Shown in pieces: positions 17,445 to 18,623 of a DNA stretch of 18,623 nucleotides (position 1 is its first letter; every line of letters begins with the position of its first letter). The position numbers and the translations under genes are program-made. The stretch is taken from assembly GCA_045863295.1 (NCBI GenBank), contig BTWA01000063.1, forward strand, positions 1-18,623, read 5' to 3'. The DNA is from Candidatus Hydrogenedentota bacterium. GTDB taxonomy: Bacteria > Hydrogenedentota > Hydrogenedentia > Hydrogenedentales > SLHB01. The notes below the pieces were generated by a model that made no database searches, had not been told where the DNA came from, and worked only from the letters and a program-made list of their open reading frames with translations.

Positions 17445-18623
17445 AACGCGGGATAATACCATGCGACCTATCCGGCATCAACCGTTCTGAAACAGTGCCG
17501 AGATTCCTCGTTGCGAATATCGAAGCACCGAAATTTCCTGTATGCTCCACAGGCAAGCGCGACTTAATCTGAGACACGAATCCGTCGAAGCAAAACGTGA
17601 CGAACTCGAAGCGGTGTTTCACGCTGTTCCCTAATACAATTGGACGATCACCATTTGGACTCGCGCTGCAGAGCGCGTTTCCGATGCGGGAGCACTCGCA
17701 AATTACGTGGCGTCCCGTCAGGTAGATTCCAAGCTCCACGCATTGGTACAGCCGGATCGCCCGAATCCAATTTTTCGGGAAATTCAGGCGTAGGCAAGCC
17801 ATCGAGTTGTTCACGATCCATTCTGCAACAGGTGTTTGCACGGGATGCCGACTCTCCCAGTTTTTCAAATCATTCTACCCACTTGTATCGCCGACTCATC
17901 GTCCAGGTGCGTTTTATTCATTTCTAAAATTGCGGCATATTCGGCATATATTACTCGTGCACGTTGGAGAAGTTGTTAGGTGATTGTATGTTGGGATAAG
18001 GCCAAACCCGCTACAGCTTCAATATGAAGCAATGAAGAAGTGGCAGTCATCGACGATTGATTATGAAGCATACCATATGTTGAATAGTGCCTGCTGGGGT
18101 CTACAGAATCGTGGATAGGACAAGTCGCCCGGGTAAGGTCGGCAGAGCTCGCCAGTGCCCCGGCTCAGCTCCTTCAATATGAGTGAAACAAGTATGGAAC
18201 ATAGTTTTTGGCTACTTGCCGTGCGTTTCACCAAGCAAACTATGGGTTTCACAAGCCTGACTGGCCATGGTGAAATGAAATGATTAGATACGAAATGCAA
18301 TGCAGAATTCCGGTGTTCACTTCGTGATGAGGTGTTCGGTTCCCTGTTTAAAGCGGGGTATCAGGCCCCTCAAAAAGGCTTGCGTGTCTGCTTAGGTGTA
18401 GGGTACCGTATGCCGGTTTGGGGGTGTGTTGTAGTGGCTAAGCGTGCTCAGGCACGGTTCTTTTGGGGTTACCAATCAATCCGATGGCAAGTCGTTATTG
18501 TGGAATCGATTTTGGCACATCCAACAGTTGTGCCGCTTTGGCGGATGGCGATCAAGTCCGTGTTTTGGAGCTTGACCCTTCCAATGATACGCCGACCTGT
18601 CTACCGTCACTCCTGTATGTATC

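Noticed and set aside
17437..17868. 143-aa minus-strand ORF upstream of the HTH gene
   Set aside because: No domain signal or clear RBS and atypical composition; cannot be supported.
1..18623. CRISPR array, tRNA, rRNA, integrase or complete transposase
   Set aside because: No regularly spaced repeats, RNA gene signatures or recombinase motifs were seen.

Overview
GC-rich bacterial chromosomal window. The left part holds a minus-strand nrdA-nrdB-small ORF operon. NrdB has the residues of the Chlamydia-type class Ic (Mn/Fe, no tyrosyl radical) ribonucleotide reductase. The operon has tandem NrdR boxes over a sigma70 promoter and a long structured leader. Divergent from it are a CymR-like Rrf2 regulator with its own palindromic operator, a class III aminotransferase, a PAS hybrid kinase and a Tat-signal fucose-isomerase-like protein. 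The most striking structure is a 583-bp near-perfect direct repeat (10636-11218 and 16211-16793). It brackets a ~5-kb cassette with no integrase, encoding a sensor kinase, a sigma54 activator and two paralogous small secreted proteins of a family I do not recognise. Each small gene has its own matching -24/-12 promoter, IHF-like site and tandem palindromic enhancer, so a self-contained sigma54 regulon can be read from the sequence. An Xre-HTH gene and about 1.1 kb without convincing genes end the window. All comparisons were made by eye; no database searches were run.
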